This document shows positions 12,170 through 22,984 of a stretch of DNA of 64,000 nt, piece after piece. The stretch is taken from the NCBI GenBank assembly GCA_054600435.1, contig BAAIJX010000063.1:1-64000 (forward strand), given 5' to 3'. The notes under the pieces are model-generated. The model was given only the letters and a program-made list of their open reading frames with translations, searched no databases and had not been told where the DNA came from. The translations under genes and the position numbers were made by a program. Each line of letters starts with the position of its first letter. Within the stretch, counting starts at the first letter, position 1. The stretch comes from Neophaeotheca triangularis. Its lineage: Eukaryota.

Positions 12170-14647
12170 ATGTTCGCCCTCAAAAGCCTGTCTTCCTACC
12201 TTTTCGGCAACAACAATCAGGAACACATTGCCGAGCTCCAGCAAGGCCAACTCTACATCGTCCGCCCCCTTTCTCCCAAAGGCTACAGTGAGCTCATCTT
12301 CAAAGACGCCGCAGCCTCTATCCGCCGCACCGGTCAGGAGTTTCAATACCAACTCGTCATCCAACGGGCATACGAAGAGGGCGAAGAAGAGCTATTGGAA
12401 GAAGAAGGCGGTGACGAAGGCGCAATCGACGGGCTCGGCGACCGCGACGAGAAGACCTTCCTGCTAGACGAAGAACTGCGCTTCCGCCTAGAGCTGAAGA
12501 GAGACAGCGGCGAGACGGTCTTGGCTTGGCGGGACCTGTCTGGTGACGTGAGCGACGTCTTCGAATTCGTGTGCGACCCGAAGATACGTCCAGAGGCTGC
12601 AACTACTTTTGAGCTCGTGGCCGCGCAGTGTCAGTACGAGCGCAAGTACCGGAGGAGCCATCAGCAGGCCAACGACGAGGATCTTGCCGAGTTTGCTTTT
12701 GAGGAGGAGGAGCCGATACCTTCTGCTAGTCCTCTCGCTAGTCCTGAACAGTACCCCAGTCCTACGCTATCACCTGTGCTTCCCAGGGGTCAATCCGTCA
12801 ATAGCACACCGGTCAAGCAGATCCAACAAGAGACCAGAGAGATGGCACGTGATTCGACAAAGAAGGAGGAGGCGCCGGCGGCGTCAACACCCTCCAAGAC
12901 GGCCGAGCGCACCCCCACCAAAGCACCAACCTCACGCAAAGCGCCTGAGACACGCGAGACGCTTGCGAATGAGGAGGCCGAACTTCATCTTTTCGACTTC
13001 GAATCCGGAACCTTTGTTCGCCAGCAGTCAAGCGTCCAAGCAGCTGTCTACGAGGTTGGCAACTGGAAGTATTGGCTGCAGATTTCCAGCGACACGCAGC
13101 AATGGCTTGGACAAGAGCTGGTGCCCGACGTCAACCCAGTTTTTAACTTCGAATACTTGAGCTTCATCTTCAACCACTACACGGATGATGGGTCGGCGTA
13201 CAGCTGGCTGTTGAAGTTTGGCGATCGCGAGACCATGGAGAAGTTCCAGGAGGGATTGATGCAGGCTCTGTGGGAGCATGCGAATGAGATGAAGTGGCAG
13301 AAGGGTGTCAAGGAGGCTGATAGGGAATATGTGTTGGACGCGTTCAATGACCTGGTTCTCGAGGATAAGGATGATGCTAGAGAAGCCGAGGCCGCTGAAG
13401 AGGATGAAGAGGAGGAAGAATACGAGGAGGCGGACGATGGTCGACAGAGGGAGGAAGACTACGATGAGGACGAAGATGAGGACAACGTTGTTCTGCGGGA
13501 CGAGGATGGAAACATCAACAGTGCGCTCGCTGTTGGTGCCAAAGTCGACCGCTCGTTTGTTGTCCGTGGCAATAAGATTGGTGTCTTCAAGCACACGCCA
13601 GACAACCACCTCGAGTTTTCTACCAGCATCAACAGGGTGGCTACTCCCAAGGGCAAGACGTTTGCACCAAAGAAGGTCATGTTGCATGGCGAGGACCGCA
13701 ACATGGTGCTACAGAACGAGGACGATCCCAACAGCGTCTACCGGATGGATCTCGAATACGGCAAAGTCGTCGACGAGTGGAAGGTACATGACGACATCCC
13801 TGTCAACATCTTCGCCCCCGAAAGCAAGTTCGCACAAACGACTGGCGAGCAAACCTTCCTCGGTCTCAGCAACAACGCGCTCTACCGCATCGATCCAAGG
13901 CTCTCTGGCAACAAGCTCGTGGATAGCGAACTCAAGCAATACGCCAGCAAAAACGACTTCTCAGCCGCTGCCACGACAGAACAAGGCTACATCGCCGTCG
14001 CCAGCAACAAGGGCGACATCCGCATGTTCGACCGTCTGGGCATCAACGCCAAAACCGCGCTCCCAGCCCTGGGCGACCCAATCATCGGCCTCGACGTCAG
14101 CGCCGACGGCCGCTGGGTGCTAGCTACAACTCGCACTTACCTGCTCCTCATCGACAACCTGCAAAAAGACGGCAAAAACTCCGGCAAGCTTGGTTTCGAA
14201 AAAGCCTTTGCCAAAGACGCCAAACCCCAGCCCCGCCGCCTAGCCCTAACCCCCTCGCACGTCGCCCAGTTCCAGCACGAAACCAAAGCGCCCCTCTCCT
14301 TCACTCCCGCTCGCTTCAACACAGGCGAAGGCAAGGACGAAACCACCATCATCTCCGCCACGGGGCCTTTCGTCGTGACCTGGAGTCTCAAGAAGGTGCT
14401 CGCGGGCCGCAAAGACCCTTACAACATCAAGCGCTATTCGGAAGAGGTCAAAGCCGATAATTTCCGTTTCGGGTCGGATAAGAATATCGTCGTCGCGTTG
14501 CCGAATGAAGTCGACATGGTTGCGAGGAGAGCGCTGCAGAGGCCGACCAGGGAGAGTATCATGGCGCCCCCGGCTACACCTAGGAATTCGCGCAAGGGGA
14601 GGGGGAGTTATTTGAGTAGGAACGAGATCGTCAATTCTCCGTACTAG
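12170..14647 (+). CDS. VID27: Vacuolar import and degradation protein Vid27 (~825 aa, intronless)
   Basis: GQLYIVRPLSPKGYSELIFKDAAASIRRT N-terminus, PH-like middle, and WD-like C-terminus (NSALAVG..DRSFVVRGNKIGVFK; MDLEYGKVVDEW; GDIRMFDRLGINAKTALPALGDPIIGLDVSADGRW). Confidence 0.95.
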   Translation: MFALKSLSSYLFGNNNQEHIAELQQGQLYIVRPLSPKGYSELIFKDAAASIRRTGQEFQYQLVIQRAYEEGEEELLEEEGGDEGAIDGLGDRDEKTFLLDEELRFRLELKRDSGETVLAWRDLSGDVSDVFEFVCDPKIRPEAATTFELVAAQCQYERKYRRSHQQANDEDLAEFAFEEEEPIPSASPLASPEQYPSPTLSPVLPRGQSVNSTPVKQIQQETREMARDSTKKEEAPAASTPSKTAERTPTKAPTSRKAPETRETLANEEAELHLFDFESGTFVRQQSSVQAAVYEVGNWKYWLQISSDTQQWLGQELVPDVNPVFNFEYLSFIFNHYTDDGSAYSWLLKFGDRETMEKFQEGLMQALWEHANEMKWQKGVKEADREYVLDAFNDLVLEDKDDAREAEAAEEDEEEEEYEEADDGRQREEDYDEDEDEDNVVLRDEDGNINSALAVGAKVDRSFVVRGNKIGVFKHTPDNHLEFSTSINRVATPKGKTFAPKKVMLHGEDRNMVLQNEDDPNSVYRMDLEYGKVVDEWKVHDDIPVNIFAPESKFAQTTGEQTFLGLSNNALYRIDPRLSGNKLVDSELKQYASKNDFSAAATTEQGYIAVASNKGDIRMFDRLGINAKTALPALGDPIIGLDVSADGRWVLATTRTYLLLIDNLQKDGKNSGKLGFEKAFAKDAKPQPRRLALTPSHVAQFQHETKAPLSFTPARFNTGEGKDETTIISATGPFVVTWSLKKVLAGRKDPYNIKRYSEEVKADNFRFGSDKNIVVALPNEVDMVARRALQRPTRESIMAPPATPRNSRKGRGSYLSRNEIVNSPY

Positions 14648-15153
14648 AGGCTGCGTGGGTAGACTGGCGCGGAGGGGATGCTGCTTTCTTTGGGTTTCAG
14701 ACTGCGACAGATGAGGTTGAGTTGGGGCGTTCTATGGGACGGTGATGAGTATGGGTGTGCTATGAGTGATATCCCCCCGATGCTTGATTGACGTAGATAT
14801 GTGAATGTTATGATGATGACGAAGGCCCCATCCCTACTCGGATTTTGACTCAAGTCATCTAGGAGCGATGTTGCCACTTACTTGTCAGGCTTGTCTACGA
14901 CTACTGTATCCCATTGGTTGCTTGAGCATGTGCTCAATTTGAGCTGGCCGCCTGCGCCGATACTGCCTTCATGCAGGATAGCCTGCAGTCTCACGGCGTG
15001 ACCTCGCTTAGGCATGGGTGTATGAGCTGTCAATGGCGAACCGGTAGCTGAGCGGTTGCCTTCAGGGCTCCACTACGTAGAAGACAGGTCTTATATCTCC
15101 GCTGCGTCGCTCTGACGCACACTTGTACACTCAATCTATGGAACTCCTCAGAC

Positions 15154-15840
15154 ATGGCGGACCCGCTCTCAGTCACGGCAAGTATTTTCAGCGTGCTTAC
15201 TGTCTCGACCACGATTCTTAGATGTTCGCGAGACGTTGGAGATTACGGTGGTCACAGGAGTAGGCTCTTGTTGGAGATAAGTACCACCAAAGGTATTTTG
15301 CAAACCTTGCAAGATCTTGACTCGATCGCCACGCAGCCAAGGAAGCAGCAGTCGACGTCCATGTACCTCGCGAGCCTCCTTGGTCAACTGCTCGTTCAGA
15401 GAAGCGTCATGGCTTTGCCCGATTACATCAAGAGCGCCCACGAGAACTATCGGCAGAGGAACATGTATCCAACATTCGCAGAGTGCCTGGACATGGTCAC
15501 GAGGCTGGTGGCTACCTTCGATCGCGTCTACATCGTGATCGACGCTCTAGACGAGTGTACTGAAGCGAACTATGTATGGGAAGAGCTGATGGAAGCGATT
15601 CTGCATCTCTCGCCAAAATTGAGCGTTCTTGTGACATCCAGATACATCATGCCATCAGGGAGTGGCATGAGTCTATGGAACGCGGTATCTAGGTATTGCT
15701 GTTTTATTTACCACGCGTGTTTTATAACTTCTATTCATTCAAGGCCAGGTCTGGGCGCATACAAGTCGATCCACGTGACCGCGCGCTTGGAACGCGAAAT
15801 CTGCTCGGGCTTTTTCCTCTCGCTGATTCACAGGCGCTAG
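15154..15840 (+). pseudogene. Internally deleted fungal NLR/NACHT relic: fungal STAND N-terminal domain fused to a NACHT Walker-B half; no P-loop, no repeat domain
   Basis: Starts MADPLSVTASIFSVL, typical of fungal STAND N-termini. Continues into LASLLGQLL...YIVIDALDEC...SVLVTSR (NACHT Walker B and following strand). No GxxGxGK[ST] is present, and the sequence after VTSR loses similarity. Confidence 0.65.
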
Positions 15841-16011
15841 GTAAATCTTACAATAATGGAAGTTACTTCACTTCCACTTCCAGCAGATCACGTTCCCTGA
15901 GCAGTTGACACGAGTCTACATATCACTGCCACAGTGAGTGAATGGCAAGCAGCCCAACCAAAATCATCCCTCGAAGAGTTCGGAACACAATACTCTTCAA
16001 TTAACTTTTGC

Positions 16012-17427
16012 ATGCTGAGCCGAAAACATCTCCTGAACGTGTCGACTCCATCTCGCCTCATTCTGCTCCCAATACGCACATATTCCGGTCTCGCCATGGA
16101 GAAAGATAACTCTCCAAAGACAGCAGTCTGGCCCGTCGACGCCACAAAACTCGGCAAAGTGACGGTCATGCCCAACGACAGCGACCTGCTTGGGGAACTC
16201 ATTATCGAGCCCGATTCACAGTCCGAGGATGCGCAGCTGATCTTGAAAGCCGCTGACAAGCTTCGACATTCGGAGGTGCCTGTCGCATTCCCGACTGAGA
16301 CGGTTTATGGACTCGGAGCAGACGCAACTCGGAGTGAAGCTGTGAAAGGGATTTATAGGGCGAAGCAGCGACCGGCGGATAATCCGCTGATTGTGCATAT
16401 CGCCTCTCTTGGTCAGTTGAGAAAGCTTCTTCAGCCTTCCTCATTGGGTGTAGTGTCAGCTCACGCAGACCCGATACCTGAGATTTATCACTCTTTGATC
16501 CGCAGTTTCTGGCCTGGTCCTCTGACCATCATATTGCCGAACCCGAGGAACGGGACATTGGCCCACGAAGTAACCGCTGGCTTGGAGAATTTTGGTGCTC
16601 GAATGCCACGCAACGTTCTCGCGCTGGCACTTATTAAGCTATCTGACAAACCCATTGCGGCACCGTCAGCCAATGCTTCTACAAAACCCTCGCCCACCGC
16701 AGCTGAACATGTACTCTACGACCTAGATGGGCGTATTGAAACAATCATCGACGGTGGACCATGCACTGTAGGCGTAGAGAGCACCGTCGTAGACGGCCTA
16801 TCAGATCCGCCCAGCATACTCAGACCAGGGGGAATCAGTCTGGACCAACTGCGCGAATGCCCTGGTTGGGAGCGTACGGAGATTGGTTACAAGGACACTT
16901 CGGAAAAAGGCACGAAGCCGAAAGCTCCGGGGATGAAGTATCGTCACTACGCTCCGAAAGCGACTGTGATGCTGTTCGAACGTGGCGAGCAGATTGCAAA
17001 AGCGAACGCAACTCTCCGCTCGAGTCGTAAGATTGGGGTCGTGAGGACCAAAACCTGGAAGGTGCAACAAAACCGAGAAACCCTTTACATTGTACAAGAC
17101 GAATCTGCCATGCATCGAAGCCTCCCCGAAACAGACATGCAACCAGGCTACAAAGGCATGCTGGCCGAGCTCCAAAACCCGGCTTCCAACGCACCGCAGG
17201 TTACTTACACCTTTGGACAAGGCGATGTTCAGACTACGCTCGTCGATATACAACTCGGTCCCCGAACTTCGGACATTGCGCGAGGTATTTTCTCGGCACT
17301 GCGTGATCTTGACCGGCAGGATGTTGACACAATCCTCGTTGAGGGCGTCTCGGATGATGAGGGCGATGTTGCTGCTGCTGTTATGAATCGTTTACGCAAG
17401 GCTGCTGAGGTCAAGGTCGAGGGATGA
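16012..17427 (+). CDS. SUA5: Threonylcarbamoyl-AMP synthase Sua5 (t6A tRNA modification), ~471 aa
   Basis: VAFPTETVYGLGADA, KQRPADNPLIVHI, FWPGPLTIIL, AAPSANASTKPSPT, GVESTVVD, LRPGGI and APGMKYRHYAP motifs; C-terminal SUA5 domain (AAVMNRLRKAA). Confidence 0.97.
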   Translation: MLSRKHLLNVSTPSRLILLPIRTYSGLAMEKDNSPKTAVWPVDATKLGKVTVMPNDSDLLGELIIEPDSQSEDAQLILKAADKLRHSEVPVAFPTETVYGLGADATRSEAVKGIYRAKQRPADNPLIVHIASLGQLRKLLQPSSLGVVSAHADPIPEIYHSLIRSFWPGPLTIILPNPRNGTLAHEVTAGLENFGARMPRNVLALALIKLSDKPIAAPSANASTKPSPTAAEHVLYDLDGRIETIIDGGPCTVGVESTVVDGLSDPPSILRPGGISLDQLRECPGWERTEIGYKDTSEKGTKPKAPGMKYRHYAPKATVMLFERGEQIAKANATLRSSRKIGVVRTKTWKVQQNRETLYIVQDESAMHRSLPETDMQPGYKGMLAELQNPASNAPQVTYTFGQGDVQTTLVDIQLGPRTSDIARGIFSALRDLDRQDVDTILVEGVSDDEGDVAAAVMNRLRKAAEVKVEG

Positions 17428-17771
17428 GCGCTGGAGGGGCGACAGGTCCAGACGTTTCTAGACGTATCAAAGGCCTCGGATCGAGCAAAAAAGACGTGAC
17501 AGAACTTTGCCGCCAGGCCTGTGCCAGCAACGATGATTTGGCAGGATATAGTGCAGCTTGCAAGCGCCGCACTCGGCTAGCTGCACGAACAGACAGGGAT
17601 TTGGTCTTGGTTGAGCACAGACCATGAGGCAGTGAATCTCACCGGTCTTAAGCTATGGTCCTCTTTACAAGATGGTACAGTATTCTCTTCATATGCCTCT
17701 GGCTTCACTCGAGGGTCACTCACGGTTCGCTTCTGGCACACTGGTCTAACGGACTTGCCGTCTATCTAACG

Positions 17772-19719
17772 ATGCGGCTCTTGTACTGGACAGGCAGTAC
17801 GTACGCTTTCAAGGATGTCGACGGGCCCCGCGAAGAGAAGTATGCGATCCTCTCTCATCGCTGGTTCGCTCGGGGTGAGGACATTCTCCTTGCGGATGTT
17901 CTCGCTGGTAGGGAGGACGCATCCGTCAAACACAAGAAAGGATGGACGAAGCTTGACTACGGTATGCAACAGGCCAAAAAGGATGGCTTTGAATTCATCT
18001 GGATCGACACTTGCTGCATCGACAAAAAAATTAGTTCAGAGCTGGACGAGGCTATTAACTCGATGTATCGCTGGTATCAAGAAGCAGCTGTCTGCTATGC
18101 GTATCTTTGGGATGTCAAGTGTCCCGATTCGCCGCGACAAGACTTATCTTGCCGAGACTTAGAGATGACCGAACACAAGACGGAAGCTCACCTCAGGGGA
18201 TTTGCCAAAAGTGTCTGGTTCACCAGGGGCTGGAGTAAGTCTCAGCAGCCAGTGTGAACTGCAATTATGGCGCAATAGCTGACCATGGTGCGTGACGTGC
18301 ATAGCACTCCAAGAGCTCATTGCACCTCAAGAGGTTCAATTCTTCGGCAGTGAGTGGTGTCCCCTTGGCTCACGTAAAGATCGAGTCGAGGAAATTACCG
18401 GCATCACTGGCATCGATGTTGAGGTGTTAGAACATCGGCGTAGCCCGGACCAGTATAGCATTGCACAACGCATGTCTTGGGCCGCGAAGAGACAGACTGG
18501 ACGGGAAGAAGACGAAGCGTACTGCCTTCTGGGTTTCTTCGACGTGAGCATGCCCATGCTATATGGAGTGAGACGCAAGGCTTTTCGTAAGCTACAGCTA
18601 GAAATCATCGCCCACAGCACAGATCAGTCCATACTGGCCTGGACTCCGGTAGCTGGGAAACAAGTTGTCCCTGGCCAGCTGTTTGCCGACTCCCCTGCAG
18701 ACTTCGCTGGCTGCGGTAGAATTGAAAGGACCTTGTCGAACAGTGCGTTTGAGAGAGCCTTCCGTTCTGACAACCGTGGCATCACTGGTCGCTTCCCGGT
18801 ACAGTACCCGTCTGATGGTGGGGACTGCCTTTTGCTCTTAAATTGCGAGACCGGTGGTCAGAGTATCGCTCTTCGGATTGCGCGGCTTCTGCCAGCCAAA
18901 GCGGGTGGGAGCTCCGGAGACTCTTGGAATGACGACCGGGTCGAGGAAGCAATAGCAATCGAACATGACTCGAAGGGCGGACGACGTATTGTGCCCATCA
19001 CGAACGCCAGGCCAACACGCATACAGCAAGCCGTGCTGTTAGAATCACTCGGTGAGAGGTCGCTCTACCTTTGGAAATACTCTGGACCCGTCAGACTCGA
19101 AGTTCATCGCATGGATGAAGAAGACAAAGATCGACTAAAGCTGCAGGAAATTCACAGGGCATCCGGACCGCTGAGTCCACGTATCGCATTGTCGGACTGG
19201 TCTCGTCATTCGCCCCTCTGTGACTACCTTACTAGTCCAATTCATTCCGACAATGTTATGTCTTTCTTGGTCCGGAGAGGAGAATCCATCTGGGAAACCG
19301 CAAGCCAGCTCCACATTGCGTTCAAGATCGACCACGTGAGCCTTCCGTTCACAGAAGCATTAGTCGCCCCTGATCCCGAGTTTGATGGTGCGCTAGTCAT
19401 CCTACCCACAGACGTTACTCTCCGATCGCTGCTTCCACGAAAGGAAAAGAAAGGTGTACTACAACACAGCTTCACAATCGTTAACGAAGTGTACAAAGAG
19501 CAAAAGCCCTGCTTGAGAGCCCGTCACAGGATGCAGAATTATGGCAAAGCTGTGACGATGCTCAAAGCCCATAAGCTGCGAGACACATACCCGTGTGAAG
19601 GCGTAGGCATAGATGTAACGATGAGGATTGTGCAGGAGAGCGATCATAGCCCAACTTTGAGACTTGATGTGCGGTATATCCACGATACCCTCCTGAGAAA
19701 CAGAGAGGTTTTTCAGTAG
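17772..19719 (+). CDS. HET-domain (heterokaryon incompatibility) protein, ~625 aa; exons 17772-18234, 18305-19719
   Basis: MRLL start; YAILSHRW; FIWIDTCCIDK..SSELDEAINSMYRWYQEAAVCYAYL. WFTRGWTLQELIAP is formed across intron 18235-18304 (GTAAGT...CTGAC...TAG). Followed by SIAQRMSWAAKRQT.REED.AYCLLGFFDVSMPMLYG. Confidence 0.92.
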
Positions 19720-20394
19720 ACCATGACTTTGAGTTGTAATTCTACATGCTGGATATAGCTGTATCGGGCGATCAATTGGCCAACTACCTTCGTGCTACCC
19801 TTCTGCTTGTCGTATTGAGATACTAAAAGACGTGTGAAACCTTGGCCCAGCCTTGCATATGAAATATCATGCCCATGTCGGACATTCGACAAAATTTTCA
19901 TCAACATGTATTGTTGGGAGAGGATTCGAGTAGCAATAGGTGAAGGTGACCGTTTTCATGTAACCAGGATCGGCCCCATTCATCGATCGTCTTGACCCCG
20001 GGGCTCGCCCAGACACACAGAAATTCCATGAATGATCCAGGCCAGCTGAAATTAATGGATATAGCTGTCCCGAAGTCTCCGGGTATGATGGATCACCAGA
20101 GGCTGTTTCTACGATTGGAGTAGCCACTCGCTGTATCCGGTCAGCCGATCGTAACCGGCCAGCTGGAGTACTGAGGTGTACATGTAGCTTGACTTCATAC
20201 CTATGACATCGCCTCTAAATACCAAACACTCCACGCTACTACACAGCACAAGACAAACACTCGAATGATGAAGTTGTAACGACTCTCGACTAGCCTTTTG
20301 GCATCCAAAAAGACCGAAGCGCACAGAACAGAACCAATCAACCTTCCACCTGGCCACGATTTGAACTTTTGACTCGAACGTGTGTATCAGTACC

Positions 20395-21338
20395 ATGGCG
20401 CCACACCCGTCCACGGGGCGAGAGAACGGATCCAAGGGACCCCCTGCTCGACCCGTGAGAATCCTAGTAACTGGCTTCGGGGTAGGTTATCTCGTTCGAC
20501 CACAACATCTCAACTCACCCAGCACCTCTCCATCTCGCCACCCACCAAACCCAAAACCCCAGTAAGCGCAACAAACTAACACCCCTCTCCCCCTTTCAAA
20601 AAGCCCTTCCAAGACCTCTTCCCCATCAATCCCAGCTACGAAATCACCAAAACGCTCCCGCACTACCTCCCCATCACCCCGTCCCACAGCACCCCCGTCC
20701 AGATCCTGAGCCACTACAACCCCATCCGCGTCGCCTACGCCAACGTGCACTCGCAAATCCCACCACTCCTGTCCACACACATCGGCTGCATCGACCTAGT
20801 GCTGCACATCGGCATGGCCTCGGGCCGGCGACACTACACAATGGAGAAGTACGGCCACCGCGACGGCTACGACCGGAACCCGGACCTCGATGGCTGTTGC
20901 GTGCCGACGGGGCAGAGTTCGAGCGAGTTTGCCGATTGTGAGGGTTTGATGACGACGAGTTTAGACTACGACGAGGTTTTTGATCGCTGGCGGAGTTATT
21001 TGCTCGATAAACCGGGGTTTTCGCCGGTTTTGGATGGGGTGGATGCGAGGAAGAGTGAGAATGCGGGCTTTTATCTGTGTGATTATACTTATTTTAATAG
21101 CTTGGCGTGGTTTTCGAGACGGGAGAGGGAGGAGGGGATTCAGGGTAGGCCGGTGATGTTTTTGCATGTGCCCGCTGAGAGTGATGAGGTTATGCTCGAG
21201 AGGGGGCGATTGGTGGCGACGGCGTTGATTAGGGCTATGGCTGATAGTTTCACTCAGGGTGGGAGGGAGTTTGGAATGGGGGAGCAGCGGGTTGATGGAA
21301 TGCTGCTTAGCGGATCTAGGGGGCCAACTGTCGCGTAG
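20395..21338 (+). CDS. Pyroglutamyl peptidase I (peptidase C15), ~273 aa; exons 20395-20481, 20604-21338
   Basis: ILVTGFG|PFQDLFPINPSYEI across intron 20482-20603; LVLHIGMA; catalytic residues in YTMEKYG (E), AGFYLCDY (C) and FLHVP (H). Confidence 0.9.
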
Positions 21339-22036
21339 AATTGTTCTCGCACAATGTTGGGTAGGTGGTTGTTGGAGACGCTGTATACATGGACGGAGCG
21401 AGCTTGATCGCTCAAAGCACACGAAATTAGCGAACTTAGCATAATCAGCGACAGCACATTGATATACAATTAACAAGTGAAATGTTAGACTATAACTCGC
21501 AAGCATATCAACCTCTTCATCAATATGTGTAAGAATCCGAGGCCCCGGCAGTATGTTTTCCCTGAGCTTGATCCTAGCGCTGCTGCTTCTCGCTCAGCAT
21601 GGCATAGCGCAAATATTGATCAATGCCCGGGCCGACAGCAACCTCAACCTCGCTCACGGCAGCCGGAGACGACGGAACCTGCTCTTCACCAAAGCCAGAA
21701 TGCTCTCTCGGCAGGACTTTGGGCTCTTCATGGGCGGCGTCATGGGCGGTCTGCCTGGACTTGCTCTTGCACGGCGGGCTTGGGCGAACGCTTTGTCTGA
21801 AATGTTGCTAGACCAGCACTGCCGAGAGGCGCGGAATGGTTGTATTTGGTTTAGAGTGTTGACGAATGCTGCACAATGACCGCCTCGGCGTGGTTGAAGA
21901 GTTGGCCCATTGCTCCTTTCTCGATTTTGTATCCATCACGTCTAAGCTGTCAGGATTTTTTGACATGCTCAAAATGCGGGGCAACTCGTGCCTTCAGCAG
22001 ACTATCATGTTGAAGATAGTATCGCTAGAGCGACCC

Positions 22037-22984
22037 TCATGCCACATTAAACTCGTTCGTGAACAACTTGTCGACATCCAACTCCTTTCCCAGCATCCCC
22101 TGGCCCCTCAACCAATCCAACCACCTAACCCACCTCTCCCTCTCCATCAGCCCCAATCTCTCACTCCCATCCCCATAAAACCCGTTGATCCTCTCCTGAC
22201 TCTTACCAAGAAACTCCAAACTCTTCGGCGGCTCGATCAAATCCTCCAAAACCCCCGCCCCCGCCCCAGCCTCCCCCATAGCAATCCCATACCCCTCCCT
22301 GGTAGCCTCAACGAACCTCCTCAGCACGTCCGCACTCAAACCCCCTTCCCCTCCCTCCTCAACCTTCCTAACAACAACAGGACTATACCCATACGGCACG
22401 CCGCCCTCCTCGACCCCCCAAACCCTCAACCCGACCCCCTCCTCCTCAGCCTCAACCCCCTCCCACGGCACAAAAACCCACGTCGCATCCACCTCGCCCT
22501 TCTTCACGGCATCAAAAAGCCCCAACTTCCTCTTGCCCTGATCCACCCTCATCCCCTTACTCTCCCCCCCGTCCTTCCTCACCATGTACTCCACAATCCC
22601 ATCCTCATACCTAGCAGCATACGAGCCATAAACAGCCCCATTGCCCAGATCCCCCACGCGCTTCACGCGCTCATTATCCTCGAGCGCCACAATCGCGCTC
22701 GCGCCTTCGCGCTGCAGCAGCGCGTAGATTGCTTGCAAGTGCGTTTTGCCCGCCTCGGCGTACGCGATGCAGGATTCCGAGGGGCAGATTGCGAGGTCTG
22801 CTTCGTTGCGCTCGAGCTTGCGGGCCGGAGTCGTCGTGTAAGCGGGGTCTGGGGGGAGGAGCAGGACGTTGAGGTTGCGGGCTTGGTAGAGGCGGCGTTT
22901 GAGCGCGAGGATTAGACCCGAGTGGAGGGTGTTGGGGGTCCAGTCGAGGGCGATGCGGAGGGTGACTGGTTCTTCTGTCGCCAT
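22037..22984 (-). CDS. NMT1/THI5-like (SsuA/ThiY-type) substrate-binding-fold protein, ~315 aa, intronless
   Basis: LRIALDWTPNTLHSG, TPARKL..ADLAICPSES, YGSYAARYEDGIV, ATWVFVPWEGVEA, PYGYSPV and terminal LFTNEF. These are hallmarks of bacterial ThiY-like periplasmic-binding proteins. Confidence 0.85.
   Translation of the reverse strand: MATEEPVTLRIALDWTPNTLHSGLILALKRRLYQARNLNVLLLPPDPAYTTTPARKLERNEADLAICPSESCIAYAEAGKTHLQAIYALLQREGASAIVALEDNERVKRVGDLGNGAVYGSYAARYEDGIVEYMVRKDGGESKGMRVDQGKRKLGLFDAVKKGEVDATWVFVPWEGVEAEEEGVGLRVWGVEEGGVPYGYSPVVVRKVEEGGEGGLSADVLRRFVEATREGYGIAMGEAGAGAGVLEDLIEPPKSLEFLGKSQERINGFYGDGSERLGLMERERWVRWLDWLRGQGMLGKELDVDKLFTNEFNVA

Noticed and set aside
20482..20603. Possible stwintron in the peptidase intron (internal CAGTAAGC)
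   Set aside because: A [D1,2] twin-intron excision would remove one extra nucleotide and shift the frame; a single 122-nt intron restores VTGFGPF.
21553..21879. 108-aa ORF with a hydrophobic start and a faint ankyrin-like segment (HGIAQILINARADSNL)
   Set aside because: Too short and degenerate to call. It could be a decayed ankyrin fragment or a chance ORF.
21866..22915. 349-aa Pro/Leu-rich + strand ORF
   Set aside because: It is the antisense shadow of the G-rich THI5-like gene and has no independent domain signal.
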